From the NCBI GenBank assembly GCA_003009755.1, contig PXUB01000040.1:1-38862 (forward strand): a DNA stretch of 38,862 bases, in the 5' to 3' direction. The position numbers and the translations under genes are program-made. Below are positions 29,994 to 38,862 of this stretch, in pieces. The DNA comes from Thermoplasmatales archaeon SW_10_69_26. GTDB taxonomy: Archaea; Thermoplasmatota; SW-10-69-26. Under the pieces are notes generated by a model. The model had not been told where the DNA came from. It searched no databases and worked only from the letters and a program-made list of their open reading frames with translations. Each line of letters starts with the position of its first letter. Position 1 is the first letter of the stretch.

Positions 29994-31757
29994 ATGCGTC
30001 GCCGCGTCCTGCTCATCGCCTCGCTTCTCCTCCTCGCCGGCGGGACCCAGGCCGTCGGAGGCCTGGACGAGGACCCCGCCCCCGCCGAGGAGCCGGTGCT
30101 CGTCACGCTCGACACGTGGCCACCCCAACGATCGCTGATGGAGACGATGGACCACCTCGGCGTCGAGGAGCGCGAGCGCTTCGACGTGGCGCAGACGATG
30201 CTCGTCGACGCGCCGGTGACCAGCCACCGACACCTGGCGATGCATCCCTCCGTCACCGGCATCTACGCCGACGAACCCCTCGACCCCCAGCTGGCCTCCA
30301 GCAAACCGGCCGCAGGCGTGACCGAACGCCTGCACCGGGCTGGCGTGACCGGCGAGGACGTCACGGTCGCCGTCGTCGACAGCGGGATCGCGGCCGACCA
30401 TGCCGGGCTCGACGAGGAGATGGCCGGCCAGTACACCGTCGACGACGACGGCGTTCACGGCGGCGCCGACGACCCGTCCAAGCACGGGACCCACGTCGCC
30501 GGCATCCTCGTCGGCAGCGGCGAAGGCGCTGGCCCCGATCGAGGCGACGTGCGCGGCGTCGCACCGGCCGCCCAGGTCGTCTCCTTCGACATCAGCCAGG
30601 ACTTCACGACGTCGAACGCGCTGAGGGCCTTCGAGTGGATCTACGAGAACCACGAGGAGGAGGACATCGACGCCGTGACGAACGCCTGGGGCCGCCTGGA
30701 GAACCCGGCCACCTACGACCCCGACGACCCCGTCGTGCGCGCCTCGAGCGCGCTCGTCGCCGACGGCCTCGTGACCGTGTTCTCCGCCGGGAACGGCGGC
30801 GGGCAGGACAGCCGCATGACGGTCGAGGCCACCAACCCCGACGTGATCACGGTCGGCGCCGCCACCGACCAAGGCGAGATCGAGTCCTACTCCTCGCGCG
30901 GACCCGTCTACGACACCGACGGCAACCCGGTGAACTGGACCAAACCCGACCTCGTCGCCCCGGGCAGCCACGTCGTCTCCACGCAGCCCGCCGGCGAGCC
31001 CGGACCGGCCTACACCACGATGAACGGGACCAGCATGGCGGCCCCGCACGTCGCCGGCACCGTCGCCCTCGTGCTCGACCAGCGCCCCGATCTGGCGCCC
31101 GAGGAGGTCAAGAGTCTGCTCGTGCGCGCCGCCCAGGACGTGGGCCCCACCGGAGTCGACGACGCCTCCGGGGCCGGCATGGTGGACGCCGAATCCGCGA
31201 TCCGCCTCCTCGAGGAGTCCTCCGGCACGATGGAGAGCCGCCAACGCTCCAGCCAGCACTCCGAGCAGCTCACCGGACCCGCCCAGGGCGAGGCCGTGTT
31301 CGGCCAGGCCGAGATCGACAACGAGGACACGATCGAGATCGACGTCCCGGCCAACGGCACGAAGCTCGAGACCGAGATCCGCTGGGGCGGCGAGGGCGAC
31401 CTCGAGGCCAGCTTCCAGCGGCCCGACGGGTCGACGGCGCGCACGATCGATGTGAGCGCCGAGCGATCGCTGGCCATCCAAGACCCCGTCGAGGGCGAGT
31501 GGACGATCTCCGTGCAACCCCAGGACGTGTCCCGCGGCAGCTACCACGCCAACGTGACCGTCACCTGGCTGGAGCCGGTGAACGGGAGCACGGTTCCCTT
31601 CAGCGCCGAACGCTCGGCCGAGGGCACCTTCCCGTCGACCGGTGGCCCGCTGGACCCCTGGGCCGAATCCTGGCTGCCGGGCGTCCCGAACATCGCGCTC
31701 ATGGTGGCGGGGGCCGCGTTCTCGGTCACGATGCTCGTCGGCCGGATCCGACGCTGA
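29994..31757 (+). CDS. Membrane-anchored S8 subtilisin-like serine protease
   Basis: Signal peptide; triad VAVVDSG / HGTHVAG / GTSMAAPHVAG; C-terminal beta domain, TM helix and RIRR tail. Confidence 0.94.
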   Translation: MRRRVLLIASLLLLAGGTQAVGGLDEDPAPAEEPVLVTLDTWPPQRSLMETMDHLGVEERERFDVAQTMLVDAPVTSHRHLAMHPSVTGIYADEPLDPQLASSKPAAGVTERLHRAGVTGEDVTVAVVDSGIAADHAGLDEEMAGQYTVDDDGVHGGADDPSKHGTHVAGILVGSGEGAGPDRGDVRGVAPAAQVVSFDISQDFTTSNALRAFEWIYENHEEEDIDAVTNAWGRLENPATYDPDDPVVRASSALVADGLVTVFSAGNGGGQDSRMTVEATNPDVITVGAATDQGEIESYSSRGPVYDTDGNPVNWTKPDLVAPGSHVVSTQPAGEPGPAYTTMNGTSMAAPHVAGTVALVLDQRPDLAPEEVKSLLVRAAQDVGPTGVDDASGAGMVDAESAIRLLEESSGTMESRQRSSQHSEQLTGPAQGEAVFGQAEIDNEDTIEIDVPANGTKLETEIRWGGEGDLEASFQRPDGSTARTIDVSAERSLAIQDPVEGEWTISVQPQDVSRGSYHANVTVTWLEPVNGSTVPFSAERSAEGTFPSTGGPLDPWAESWLPGVPNIALMVAGAAFSVTMLVGRIRR

Positions 31758-31766
31758 CGGGCCGCA

Positions 31767-33095
31767 CTAGCCCGGCTCCCACCGGTCCCCGTCGACGGTC
31801 ACCGCACCGTCGTCGACGAGCTTGGCCAGGTGGGCCCGCGTGCTGGCGTGGGTCAGCTGCGTGGGCGCCTTCGGCTTGTCCTCGTAGGCGCGCCTGGCGA
31901 TCGCGGGCAGCTGGCGAGCGCCGGCCTCGACGGCGTCCAGCACCTCGACCTCCCGCTCGCGCCGGTGCTCGAGTGTGTCGCGGAACGTCTGGCCCGGACC
32001 GAACACCGGCGGCCCGTGCGCGGGGAACGCCAGCCGGACCCCCTCGTCCTCGCACAGGTCCGCCATGCGCGCGAGGCTGTCCATGTAGGCGGCCATGTCG
32101 CCCTCGTCGGGGTCGACGAGCACGGTCCCGATCCCAGCCACGAGGTCCCCGGGCAGCACCGCGCGTGCCTGGGGCACGTGGAAGGCCAGGTGCCCGGGCG
32201 CGTGGCCGGGCGTCTCGAGCGCGACGAGCGCGTGCTCGCCCAGATCGAGTTCGTCGCCCTCCGCGAGGAGGACGTCGGCCTCGGGCTCGATTCGCTCGGC
32301 GGTGGCCGGCGAGCAGGCCAGCTCGGCGTCGAACTCCTCGAGCAAGGCCTGGACGCCGCCGACGTGGTCGCCGTGGTGGTGGGTGAGGGCCACGTAGGCC
32401 AGGTCCTCGGCGTCGGTCTCCAACGCGTCGAGCGCGTCGAGCAAGGGATCGAGCTCGGGGGGCCCGGCGCCGGGGTCGACGACGGCCAGCTCGTCCTCGC
32501 CGACGACGAAGGCGTTCGTGTGCGTGTGCGGCGGCAGCGTCGAGGTTTCCAGCGGCTCGACGCGCAGCCCGGGCAGGAACGTGATCGGGAACGAGTCGAC
32601 CTCGGTGCCGCGGGCTCGCACCGCCTGGGGCCCGTCGTCGGCGAGCAGCTCGAGCGTGTGGATCACCGGGGGCGGCAGCTTGACCTCGCCGGCTTCCCAG
32701 CCCTCGATGGCGGCCGCGGGCGTGGTCCAGCTGCCCCCCGCCAGCTCGGGTTCGCTGGGCTCGGGCTCGCAAGCCGCGTCGACGTCGGCGAGGAAGAACT
32801 GCGTCCGGTAGCGGATCGGGGAGAAGGGCGGCGTGACGACGACGCCGGCCGGGGCCAGCTCGTCGGGGCTGACCTCGACGCGGGTCTCCTCGCGCAGCTC
32901 GCGGGCCGCGCAGGCGCGCAGCGTCGCCAGCTGGTCCTCGGCCTCGTCCTCGGGCTCGACGCCGCCGCCAGGGAAGGCGTGGAAGCCGGGGAAGAAGCTG
33001 GCCGATCGCGGGCGACGGACGAGGTAGATCTCGCCGTCGGGTCGGCGCAGGATGACGACGGCGCTCGGGTCGGGATCGGGCGGGTGATCGTCCAC
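31767..33095 (-). CDS. NUDIX hydrolase-metallo-beta-lactamase (LACTB2-like) fusion
   Basis: FPGGGVE...AARELREET NUDIX box; THHHGDH, TPGHAPGH, GD, PAHG; C-terminal wHTH-like AHLAKL. Confidence 0.9.
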   Translation of the reverse strand: MDDHPPDPDPSAVVILRRPDGEIYLVRRPRSASFFPGFHAFPGGGVEPEDEAEDQLATLRACAARELREETRVEVSPDELAPAGVVVTPPFSPIRYRTQFFLADVDAACEPEPSEPELAGGSWTTPAAAIEGWEAGEVKLPPPVIHTLELLADDGPQAVRARGTEVDSFPITFLPGLRVEPLETSTLPPHTHTNAFVVGEDELAVVDPGAGPPELDPLLDALDALETDAEDLAYVALTHHHGDHVGGVQALLEEFDAELACSPATAERIEPEADVLLAEGDELDLGEHALVALETPGHAPGHLAFHVPQARAVLPGDLVAGIGTVLVDPDEGDMAAYMDSLARMADLCEDEGVRLAFPAHGPPVFGPGQTFRDTLEHRREREVEVLDAVEAGARQLPAIARRAYEDKPKAPTQLTHASTRAHLAKLVDDGAVTVDGDRWEPG

Positions 33096-33099
33096 GCGA

Positions 33100-34002
33100 T
33101 CAGCCCTGTTCGTCGAGCCAGTCCCAGACGCCGCGCGTGTTCATCCGCACCTCGTGGCGGAACGTGGCCTCGTCGTAGACCTCGAGCCCGGCGTCGTACT
33201 CCTTCATCAACCGCTGCACGGTCTCGTCGAAGGGGTGGCCCTCCGCGCGCAGCTCGCGGATGCGGTCGACCCAGGCCTCGAGGTCGCCCCGGAAGGTTGC
33301 CAGGTGGGCACCGTCGACGACGTTGAAGTGCGTCAAGGCCACGTGATCGGGCTCCAGGGCCTCCAGCTCGTCGAGCGTGTCCCGCCAGGCTTCGAGATCG
33401 AAGGCCGGCGGCGGGGTCGTCATCAGCAACGGTCTCCCCTCGCAACGGATGCCGGCGGCGTCGCCCACGTAGAGGACGCTGGCCTCCAGGTCGAACACGT
33501 TGTACTGGTGGGGGGCGTGCCCGGGCGCGTCGACGAGCTCGAGTTCGCGGCCGCCGAAGGCGACGGTCTCGCCGCCCGCGATCGAGCGCGTCCGGTCGAC
33601 GTCGATCGGTTGCAAGGTCCCGTACTGGGGGAACCGCTCGCTGCCGACGGCCGCCTCGACGGAGGTCATCAGCTTGCCCACGAGCTCGGGGTCGGTGAGG
33701 AACGCGATCCCGTTCTCGTGGATGTGAGCCCTCGCGTTCGGGCACTCCTCCAACAGGCGCCAAGTCGCCCCCGCGTGGTCGAGGTGGATGTGCGTGGGCA
33801 GGATGTCGGTCACGTCCTCCGGCGAGAAGCCCTGCTCCTCGATCGCGTCGAACACGCGATCCACGGTCACGCTGGGTCCGGTGTCCACGATCGCGAGCTC
33901 GTCCTCGCCCGGCAGGAGGAAGAACCCGCAGTAGCCCTCCATCGAGAACCCGCCTGTGTCGTACAGGTAGGCGGGGCCCGGCAGCTTGCGCTCGGCAGGC
34001 AT
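33100..34002 (-). CDS. MBL-fold metallo-hydrolase
   Basis: VDTGP, THIHLDHAG, APGHAPH, GDAAG, LTHF; TTTAT box at 34029-34033 on the minus strand. Confidence 0.92.
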   Translation of the reverse strand: MPAERKLPGPAYLYDTGGFSMEGYCGFFLLPGEDELAIVDTGPSVTVDRVFDAIEEQGFSPEDVTDILPTHIHLDHAGATWRLLEECPNARAHIHENGIAFLTDPELVGKLMTSVEAAVGSERFPQYGTLQPIDVDRTRSIAGGETVAFGGRELELVDAPGHAPHQYNVFDLEASVLYVGDAAGIRCEGRPLLMTTPPPAFDLEAWRDTLDELEALEPDHVALTHFNVVDGAHLATFRGDLEAWVDRIRELRAEGHPFDETVQRLMKEYDAGLEVYDEATFRHEVRMNTRGVWDWLDEQG

Positions 34003-34088
34003 CGCGCCCGCCAGTGCGGACGCGCAGGATAAAGAATGCGGGGGTCGCGACACGACGAGGACGCCGGGCGAGCAACCTGCGACCGGCC

Positions 34089-34440
34089 GTTCGAGACCCC
34101 TCGCGGTCGCGGGGGGGTTCGACGATCCGCCCGGATCGGAGATCCGGGCTCACGTCACGAACAAGCCTGTCTGCCTACTCCCACTCGACCGCGAGGATTC
34201 GGCCCTCAGCCAGGAACCCTCGCGATTCGGACGAACCGACCGTTATCCGCCGGTTCGTACTCTCGAGCGGGAGTTCGCTGGCGCTCACTCCCACTCGACG
34301 GTTCCCGGCGGCTTGTTCTGCGGTTCGAGACCCTCGCTTCGCTCGGGTCTCGAGTTTCGCCTGAATCAGAGATTCGGGCTCACGTCACGAACAAGCCGCC
34401 TACTCCCATTCTACGGTTCCCGGCGGCTTGTTCGTGACGT
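34089..34440. mobile_element. Tandem miniature integrated elements / att scars at the guaAB 3' end
   Basis: Gene-end copies at 34400-34433, 34285-34318 (30/34) and 34175-34189. 29-bp direct repeat 34139-34167 / 34369-34397 (28/29). Perfect 19-bp inverted repeat 34382-34400 / 34422-34440. Several hairpins. Confidence 0.7.
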
Positions 34441-35347
34441 CGTACACGACCCGGTTGACGTGGTCGCCGAGCTGGTTCGTGATACGCGTGCTGATCGAAT
34501 CCAGCACGTCGAGGGGGACCTCGCTGAACGAGGCCGTCATGCCGTCGAGGCTGTCGACGGCGCGGACGGCGATCGTCTCGCCGTAGGCGCGCACGTCGCC
34601 CTGGACGCCGACCGATTGGACGGGGAGCAGCGCGGCGTAGTACTGCCAGGGCCGCTGCATCTTGCCCTCCTCGGCAGCCTGCTCGAGCTCCTCCTCGACG
34701 ATCGCGCACGCCTCGCGCGTGACGTCGACGCGCTCGGGCGTGACCTCGCCCAGCGTGCGGATCGCCAGGCCCGGACCCGGGAACGGTTGGCGCTCGGCGA
34801 CGGGCAGATCGAAGTGACGGGCGACCTCGCGGACCTCGTCCTTGTACAGGTCGTACAGCGGCTCGACGACCTCGAGATCCATCTTCTCCGGCAGGCCACC
34901 AACGTTGTGGTGGCTTTTGATCGTGTCGCGCGTCTCGTCGCCGGACTCGATCCAGTCGGGCGCGATCGTGCCTTGGACGAGGTACTCGGCCTCGAGGCCC
35001 TCGGCCTCCTCCTCGAAGACGCGGATGAACTCCTCGCCGACGACGTTGCGCTTCTCCTCGGGGTCCGTGACGCCCTCGAGCGCGTCGAAGAACCGATCGC
35101 GGGCGTCGACGAAGTCCAGCTCGATCCCCATGTCCTCGAAGATGCGCTCGACCTGCTGGGGCTCGTCCTTGCGCATCAGGCCGGTGTCGACGAAGACCGC
35201 GGTCAGGTGCTGGGGTACCGCCTTGCCGGCCAGCACGGCCGCCACCGTGGAGTCCACGCCACCAGAGCAGGCGATGATCGCGGGACCGTCGACGATCTGT
35301 TGGATCTGCTCGACCTGCTCTTTCACGAAGGCCTCGGGGTCGACCAT
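34400..35347 (-). CDS. guaAB: GMP synthase subunit B (ATP pyrophosphatase)
   Basis: SGGVDS PP-loop, [49 protein letters not shown]; no GATase domain (archaeal split form). Confidence 0.96.
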   Translation of the reverse strand: MVDPEAFVKEQVEQIQQIVDGPAIIACSGGVDSTVAAVLAGKAVPQHLTAVFVDTGLMRKDEPQQVERIFEDMGIELDFVDARDRFFDALEGVTDPEEKRNVVGEEFIRVFEEEAEGLEAEYLVQGTIAPDWIESGDETRDTIKSHHNVGGLPEKMDLEVVEPLYDLYKDEVREVARHFDLPVAERQPFPGPGLAIRTLGEVTPERVDVTREACAIVEEELEQAAEEGKMQRPWQYYAALLPVQSVGVQGDVRAYGETIAVRAVDSLDGMTASFSEVPLDVLDSISTRITNQLGDHVNRVVYDVTNKPPGTVEWE

Positions 35348-35457
35348 GGGCGCTCGCTTGAGGGTAGCCGGCCGGGGTACAAGAAGGTGGTGGCAGGTCG
35401 TTGCATTTCAACGAGGTCAGCACACGCCTTTTGGCCCGCCCCGCCGCTGGCCACCGT

Positions 35458-36030
35458 ATGCACCGACGTTGGATCCTCGCCGGCCTCGTTGCCCTGGCGT
35501 TGTTGGGAGCCGGTTGCCTGGGCCTCGGCGGCGATGACGGCGGGGACCCAGCCCCCGCCTTGGACGATGACTCGGGCGGTCAGGAGAGCGGCGGCTCGTC
35601 GACGTCCGACGACGCGAACGCGACCTCGGCCTCCTACTTCTCGGCCCCCGGCGACGCGAAGGCCATCGTCGCCGAGGTCCGCTGGGACGGGACCGCCGAC
35701 ATGGACCTGGCCCTCTGGAGCCCGCAGTTCTGCTCGGAGACGACCGCGCCGGAGCCGGCAGGCGAACCCGCCTGCACCATCGGGTACTTCGCCACGGGCG
35801 ACGAGACGCACGCCTACGGCACCGATCGCGCCTCGCCCGCCGTCCAGGAACGACGAGCCGAGGTGCGCGTCGACGCGACCACGATCGCCGAGGAGGCCTG
35901 CGAGACCCCGCCCTGCGAGTGGCAAGCCCACGTGAACCCGAACGTGGCCGTGGACTCGGCCTTCGAGCTGCGCGTCAGCGTCTTCCCCCACCACTCCCCG
36001 CCCGAGGACTACTCGGCGTTCGACGAGTAA
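35458..36030 (+). CDS. Putative lipoprotein
   Basis: MHRRWILAGLVALALLGAGC lipobox, G/S/D linker, beta domain with four more Cys. Confidence 0.82.
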   Translation: MHRRWILAGLVALALLGAGCLGLGGDDGGDPAPALDDDSGGQESGGSSTSDDANATSASYFSAPGDAKAIVAEVRWDGTADMDLALWSPQFCSETTAPEPAGEPACTIGYFATGDETHAYGTDRASPAVQERRAEVRVDATTIAEEACETPPCEWQAHVNPNVAVDSAFELRVSVFPHHSPPEDYSAFDE

Positions 36031-36074
36031 GCTGCCGGCACCACGCTCGAGGCCCGCCGCGAGCATCGCCGCGC

Positions 36075-36272
36075 ATGCGAGGGACCCACGTGGTTCTCGT
36101 GCTCGCGCTCCTTGCTACCTTCGCCCTCGCGGCCTGTCGACGGCGGCGACGGCGGCTCCGGCTTCGCGCGGACGGAGGAGGAGTGCGAGCCCCCGGGTCC
36201 AACGCGACGTCGACTGCGCTGGGGCGATCGAGGAGGAGCCGGTCGCCGAGCCCGGACCCGATCCGGCCCACG
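36075..36272 (+). pseudogene. Frameshifted lipoprotein remnant
   Basis: MRGTHVVLVLALLATFALAAC, then the typical linker VDGGDGGSG continues in another frame; end coordinate approximate. Confidence 0.45.
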
Positions 36273-36746
36273 CTAGGGGCCAGGATCGGATCCGAAGCCG
36301 ATCTCGGCGCGGAGGACGTCCGCCAGGGCCACCGCGAGGCCCGCGAGGGCGGCCACCTTGTAGAGACCGACCCCCCAGAGCAGCTCCCGGTCCTCGCACA
36401 TGAAGCACAGGAGCCAGGCCCAGTCGTTCCACGCTAGCGCCGGGATCGCCACGAGCGTCCATACGCCGAGCTGGGCCCACCGTCTCGTCCGCGAGGTCCG
36501 CAGGATGGCGAACACCAACAGCCCCAGCAGCGCCAGCAGGAGGAGCGGCGTCGCGGCCTCGTAGCCGCGCTGGACGACGAGGGGTCGCTTGGACGAGCCC
36601 CAGAAGCCGTCGAAGAACGGCCGGCCGCGAACCCACGGCGTCGCCAGCGAGATCGCAAGCAGCGTGTACGGCACGAGCAGCAACCGCTGCAGCCGACCGG
36701 CTTGCTCCCAGACGCGACGAGCCCACGGGCGAGCGTGAACCTGCAT
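36273..36746 (-). CDS. Hypothetical membrane protein (about 4 TM)
   Basis: Four hydrophobic segments; start uncertain. Confidence 0.6.
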   Translation of the reverse strand: MQVHARPWARRVWEQAGRLQRLLLVPYTLLAISLATPWVRGRPFFDGFWGSSKRPLVVQRGYEAATPLLLLALLGLLVFAILRTSRTRRWAQLGVWTLVAIPALAWNDWAWLLCFMCEDRELLWGVGLYKVAALAGLAVALADVLRAEIGFGSDPGP

Positions 36747-36849
36747 CCCCACCACCTTCCTCCGCGACGGTGGTCGAGAAAAGGCTTGGGATCGACGTTT
36801 CGACCATCGTGGCGAGTCCCGGTTCGCCGGTCTTCGACCTTCGGGGAAC

Positions 36850-37782
36850 TCAGCGGCCCGCGGGCGCGTCGGCCTTCGTGCCGGGCTCGACGAACACGTA
36901 GCTGAGCACCGGCACCGCTCGGCGCAGGTCGGCCTCGATGCGGTCCATCGCCGCCTCGGCCTCGTCGCTGTCGAGGCCGTCGGCGAGATCGATCTCCACG
37001 CCGAGCAGCACGTCCTCGTGGCCCAGGTACATGCTCTGGATGCGGAAGACGTCGTCCACGGCAGGGTCCTCGGCGAGCACCGCCTGGACGCGGCGACGGT
37101 CCTCGCTCGAGAGGCCGCGGCCCAACAGCAGGCCTTTGACGCGCCAGGCGAGGAATGTGGCGAAGCCCATGAGCAACCCGCCGATCATCAGGCTGCCGAT
37201 CCCGTCCCAGATCGGGTTCCCGGTGACCACGGACAGGATCATCGAGCCGGCCGCGATCGGCAACCCGACGAGCGCCAGCGAATCCTCGACGATCACCGTC
37301 AACAGCGTGGCGTCCCGGGTCTCCGTGAGGAACTCCCCGACCGATCCCATCCCCTGGTCCTCGGCCGCCTGGCGGGCCTTGCGGACCGCGATGAAGAGCA
37401 CGATGCCCTCGATCACGAACGCGGCCGCCAGCACGAGCAGCGAGAGCCGAATCGAGCCCAACGGGTGGGGATCGAGGACCTTGTGGACGCCCTCGTAAAG
37501 GCTGTAGAGCCCAGCCACACCGAAGAGGAGCACGGCCACGAGGAACGGCCAGAAGTAGGCCGACTTGCCCCGCCCGAACGGGTACTCGTCCGTCGGCGAG
37601 GGCTCGGCCCGCTGCAACCCGAGCAACAACAGGACCTGGTTGCCGGTGTCGGAGAAGCTGTGCGCGGCCTCGGCCAGCATCGCCGAGCTGCCGGCGGCCA
37701 GCCCGGTCACGAGTTTCAAGATCGCGATGAGCAGGTTGCCCACGAGGGCGGCGATTACGCTGACGAGGCTTCCCGACGCCAC
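36850..37782 (-). CDS. Cation diffusion facilitator (CDF) transporter
   Basis: SSAMLAEAAHSFSD, YPFGRGK, VEDSLAL, C-terminal cytosolic domain; GTG start inferred. Confidence 0.92.
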   Translation of the reverse strand: MASGSLVSVIAALVGNLLIAILKLVTGLAAGSSAMLAEAAHSFSDTGNQVLLLLGLQRAEPSPTDEYPFGRGKSAYFWPFLVAVLLFGVAGLYSLYEGVHKVLDPHPLGSIRLSLLVLAAAFVIEGIVLFIAVRKARQAAEDQGMGSVGEFLTETRDATLLTVIVEDSLALVGLPIAAGSMILSVVTGNPIWDGIGSLMIGGLLMGFATFLAWRVKGLLLGRGLSSEDRRRVQAVLAEDPAVDDVFRIQSMYLGHEDVLLGVEIDLADGLDSDEAEAAMDRIEADLRRAVPVLSYVFVEPGTKADAPAGR

Positions 37783-37968
37783 GGCGAGCCGACACCGGCG
37801 CGCGCGGTTGAGAGTTTCGGGTCGACGGCGCCCGAGGGGACGCCACCCAGCTGACCCCGCCCGTGCTCGACGACCCCGCAACGCACGAGCGACCCGACGA
37901 CGTCTGAGGTCTCCCTTGGCTAGGGGTTCTGGCCGTAACCGTTTCAAGGAGCAGGCCCTTCCCGTGGT

Positions 37969-38862
37969 GTGGTCCAGGACACGATCGTCGGAGTGCTCGG
38001 CGCCGTCCTGATCGTCGGCTCGATGGTCACCGCGATCAACGTCCAGGACACGAGCGCGCCTGGCGAGGGCGAGGTGCAGGATGCCCCCCCCGCGATCGGC
38101 ACCTCGACCTGGAAGGCCTCGAGCTGCGAGGCCGGCTCCGTGTACTGGACCCCGGCGCTCGAGGACCTAGACGAGGTCGTCGGCCCCAACCTCGAACCAG
38201 CCGAGGGACCCTTGCCGGACCGGGGCTTGTTCTGGCTGTTCGTCTTCGATTGCGATCGCTCCAGCGTGAACGGGCTAACCATCTCCCCGCCGACCGGCGC
38301 CTCGGCGCTGGTGGCCGTGGAAGAGCCCGACGACACCCGCAACGTGACCGCCCCCGACGGATGGGCGGCCATCCCCAGCCAGTACGGCAGCGCCGACAGC
38401 CAGATCGCCGACATCTTCGACAAGCACGGCTTCAACTACACACCCGCGCAAGCGGCCGTCGGCACGTCCTCGACCCCGCTCAGCGACGACGTGCGCCTCA
38501 CGCTCGACACGCCCACCGGCTACTTCGAGGCCTCGCTCACCCTCACGGGCCCCACGAACGAGCGCACCGTCGAGGGCGCCATCGTCGGCACCAGCGAGGA
38601 CCGGTTCAGCGTCTTCTCCGGCGAGGAGCGCATGGATCGGCGCGAGAACGGCACGTCCACGATCGAGACCCGCGGCACGACGTGGGTCGAACGGCTGAAC
38701 CTCGATCCCAACCCGTACGCGATCAGCTACGACAAGGGGATGACGTGGAACTTCACGTTCGAGGACGAGCCCTTCGACGGGAACGCGAGCGAGCCCTCGG
38801 GCAACGGCCTCGACACGTCCCGGACGATCGACGACGTGGCGAGGGACCGACCGACGGACGGG
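37969..38862 (+). CDS. Membrane-anchored exported hypothetical protein (3' partial)
   Basis: Open frame from GTG 37969 to the window end (MVQDTIVGVLGAVLIVGSMVTAINVQD...), acidic, N-terminal TM; TTTCAA box about 25 nt upstream. Confidence 0.8.
   Translation, partial: MVQDTIVGVLGAVLIVGSMVTAINVQDTSAPGEGEVQDAPPAIGTSTWKASSCEAGSVYWTPALEDLDEVVGPNLEPAEGPLPDRGLFWLFVFDCDRSSVNGLTISPPTGASALVAVEEPDDTRNVTAPDGWAAIPSQYGSADSQIADIFDKHGFNYTPAQAAVGTSSTPLSDDVRLTLDTPTGYFEASLTLTGPTNERTVEGAIVGTSEDRFSVFSGEERMDRRENGTSTIETRGTTWVERLNLDPNPYAISYDKGMTWNFTFEDEPFDGNASEPSGNGLDTSRTIDDVARDRPTDG

Noticed and set aside
34089-34440. CRISPR array or tRNA (GGTTCGAGACC resembles a T-loop)
   Set aside because: The repeats derive from guaAB coding sequence, the units are ~115 bp and irregular, there are no cas genes, and no cloverleaf can be built

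Overview
High-GC archaeal chromosome segment with strongly acidic (D/E-rich) proteins, which suggests a salt-in halophile. A halophilic Thermoplasmatota lineage rather than Halobacteria is my inference only. Core genes are rpl1-rpl10(P0)-rpl12 with an L1-binding leader, alaS coupled to a class V aminotransferase, trpS-pheS, a stand-alone gyrA, guaAB, and a complete bacterial-type Rrf2-sufBCDSUT operon. Other genes include a degenerate 3-hydroxyacyl-CoA dehydrogenase/crotonase fusion, a CaiB CoA-transferase, an ABC exporter with a surface protein, an M29 peptidase, a subtilase, NUDIX-MBL and MBL hydrolases, a CDF transporter and lipoproteins. The most unusual non-coding signal is a stack of ~110-115 bp hairpin-rich mini-elements at the guaAB 3' end (34089-34440). 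Each is bounded by a synonymously recoded copy of the last guaAB codons, and two carry an antisense copy of the target site. Also present are a MITE-like element, CACAGAG-type intergenic repeats, small Zn-finger ORFs, pseudogene scars and a C12 tract in sufS. I saw no rRNA, tRNA, CRISPR array, integrase or transposase.
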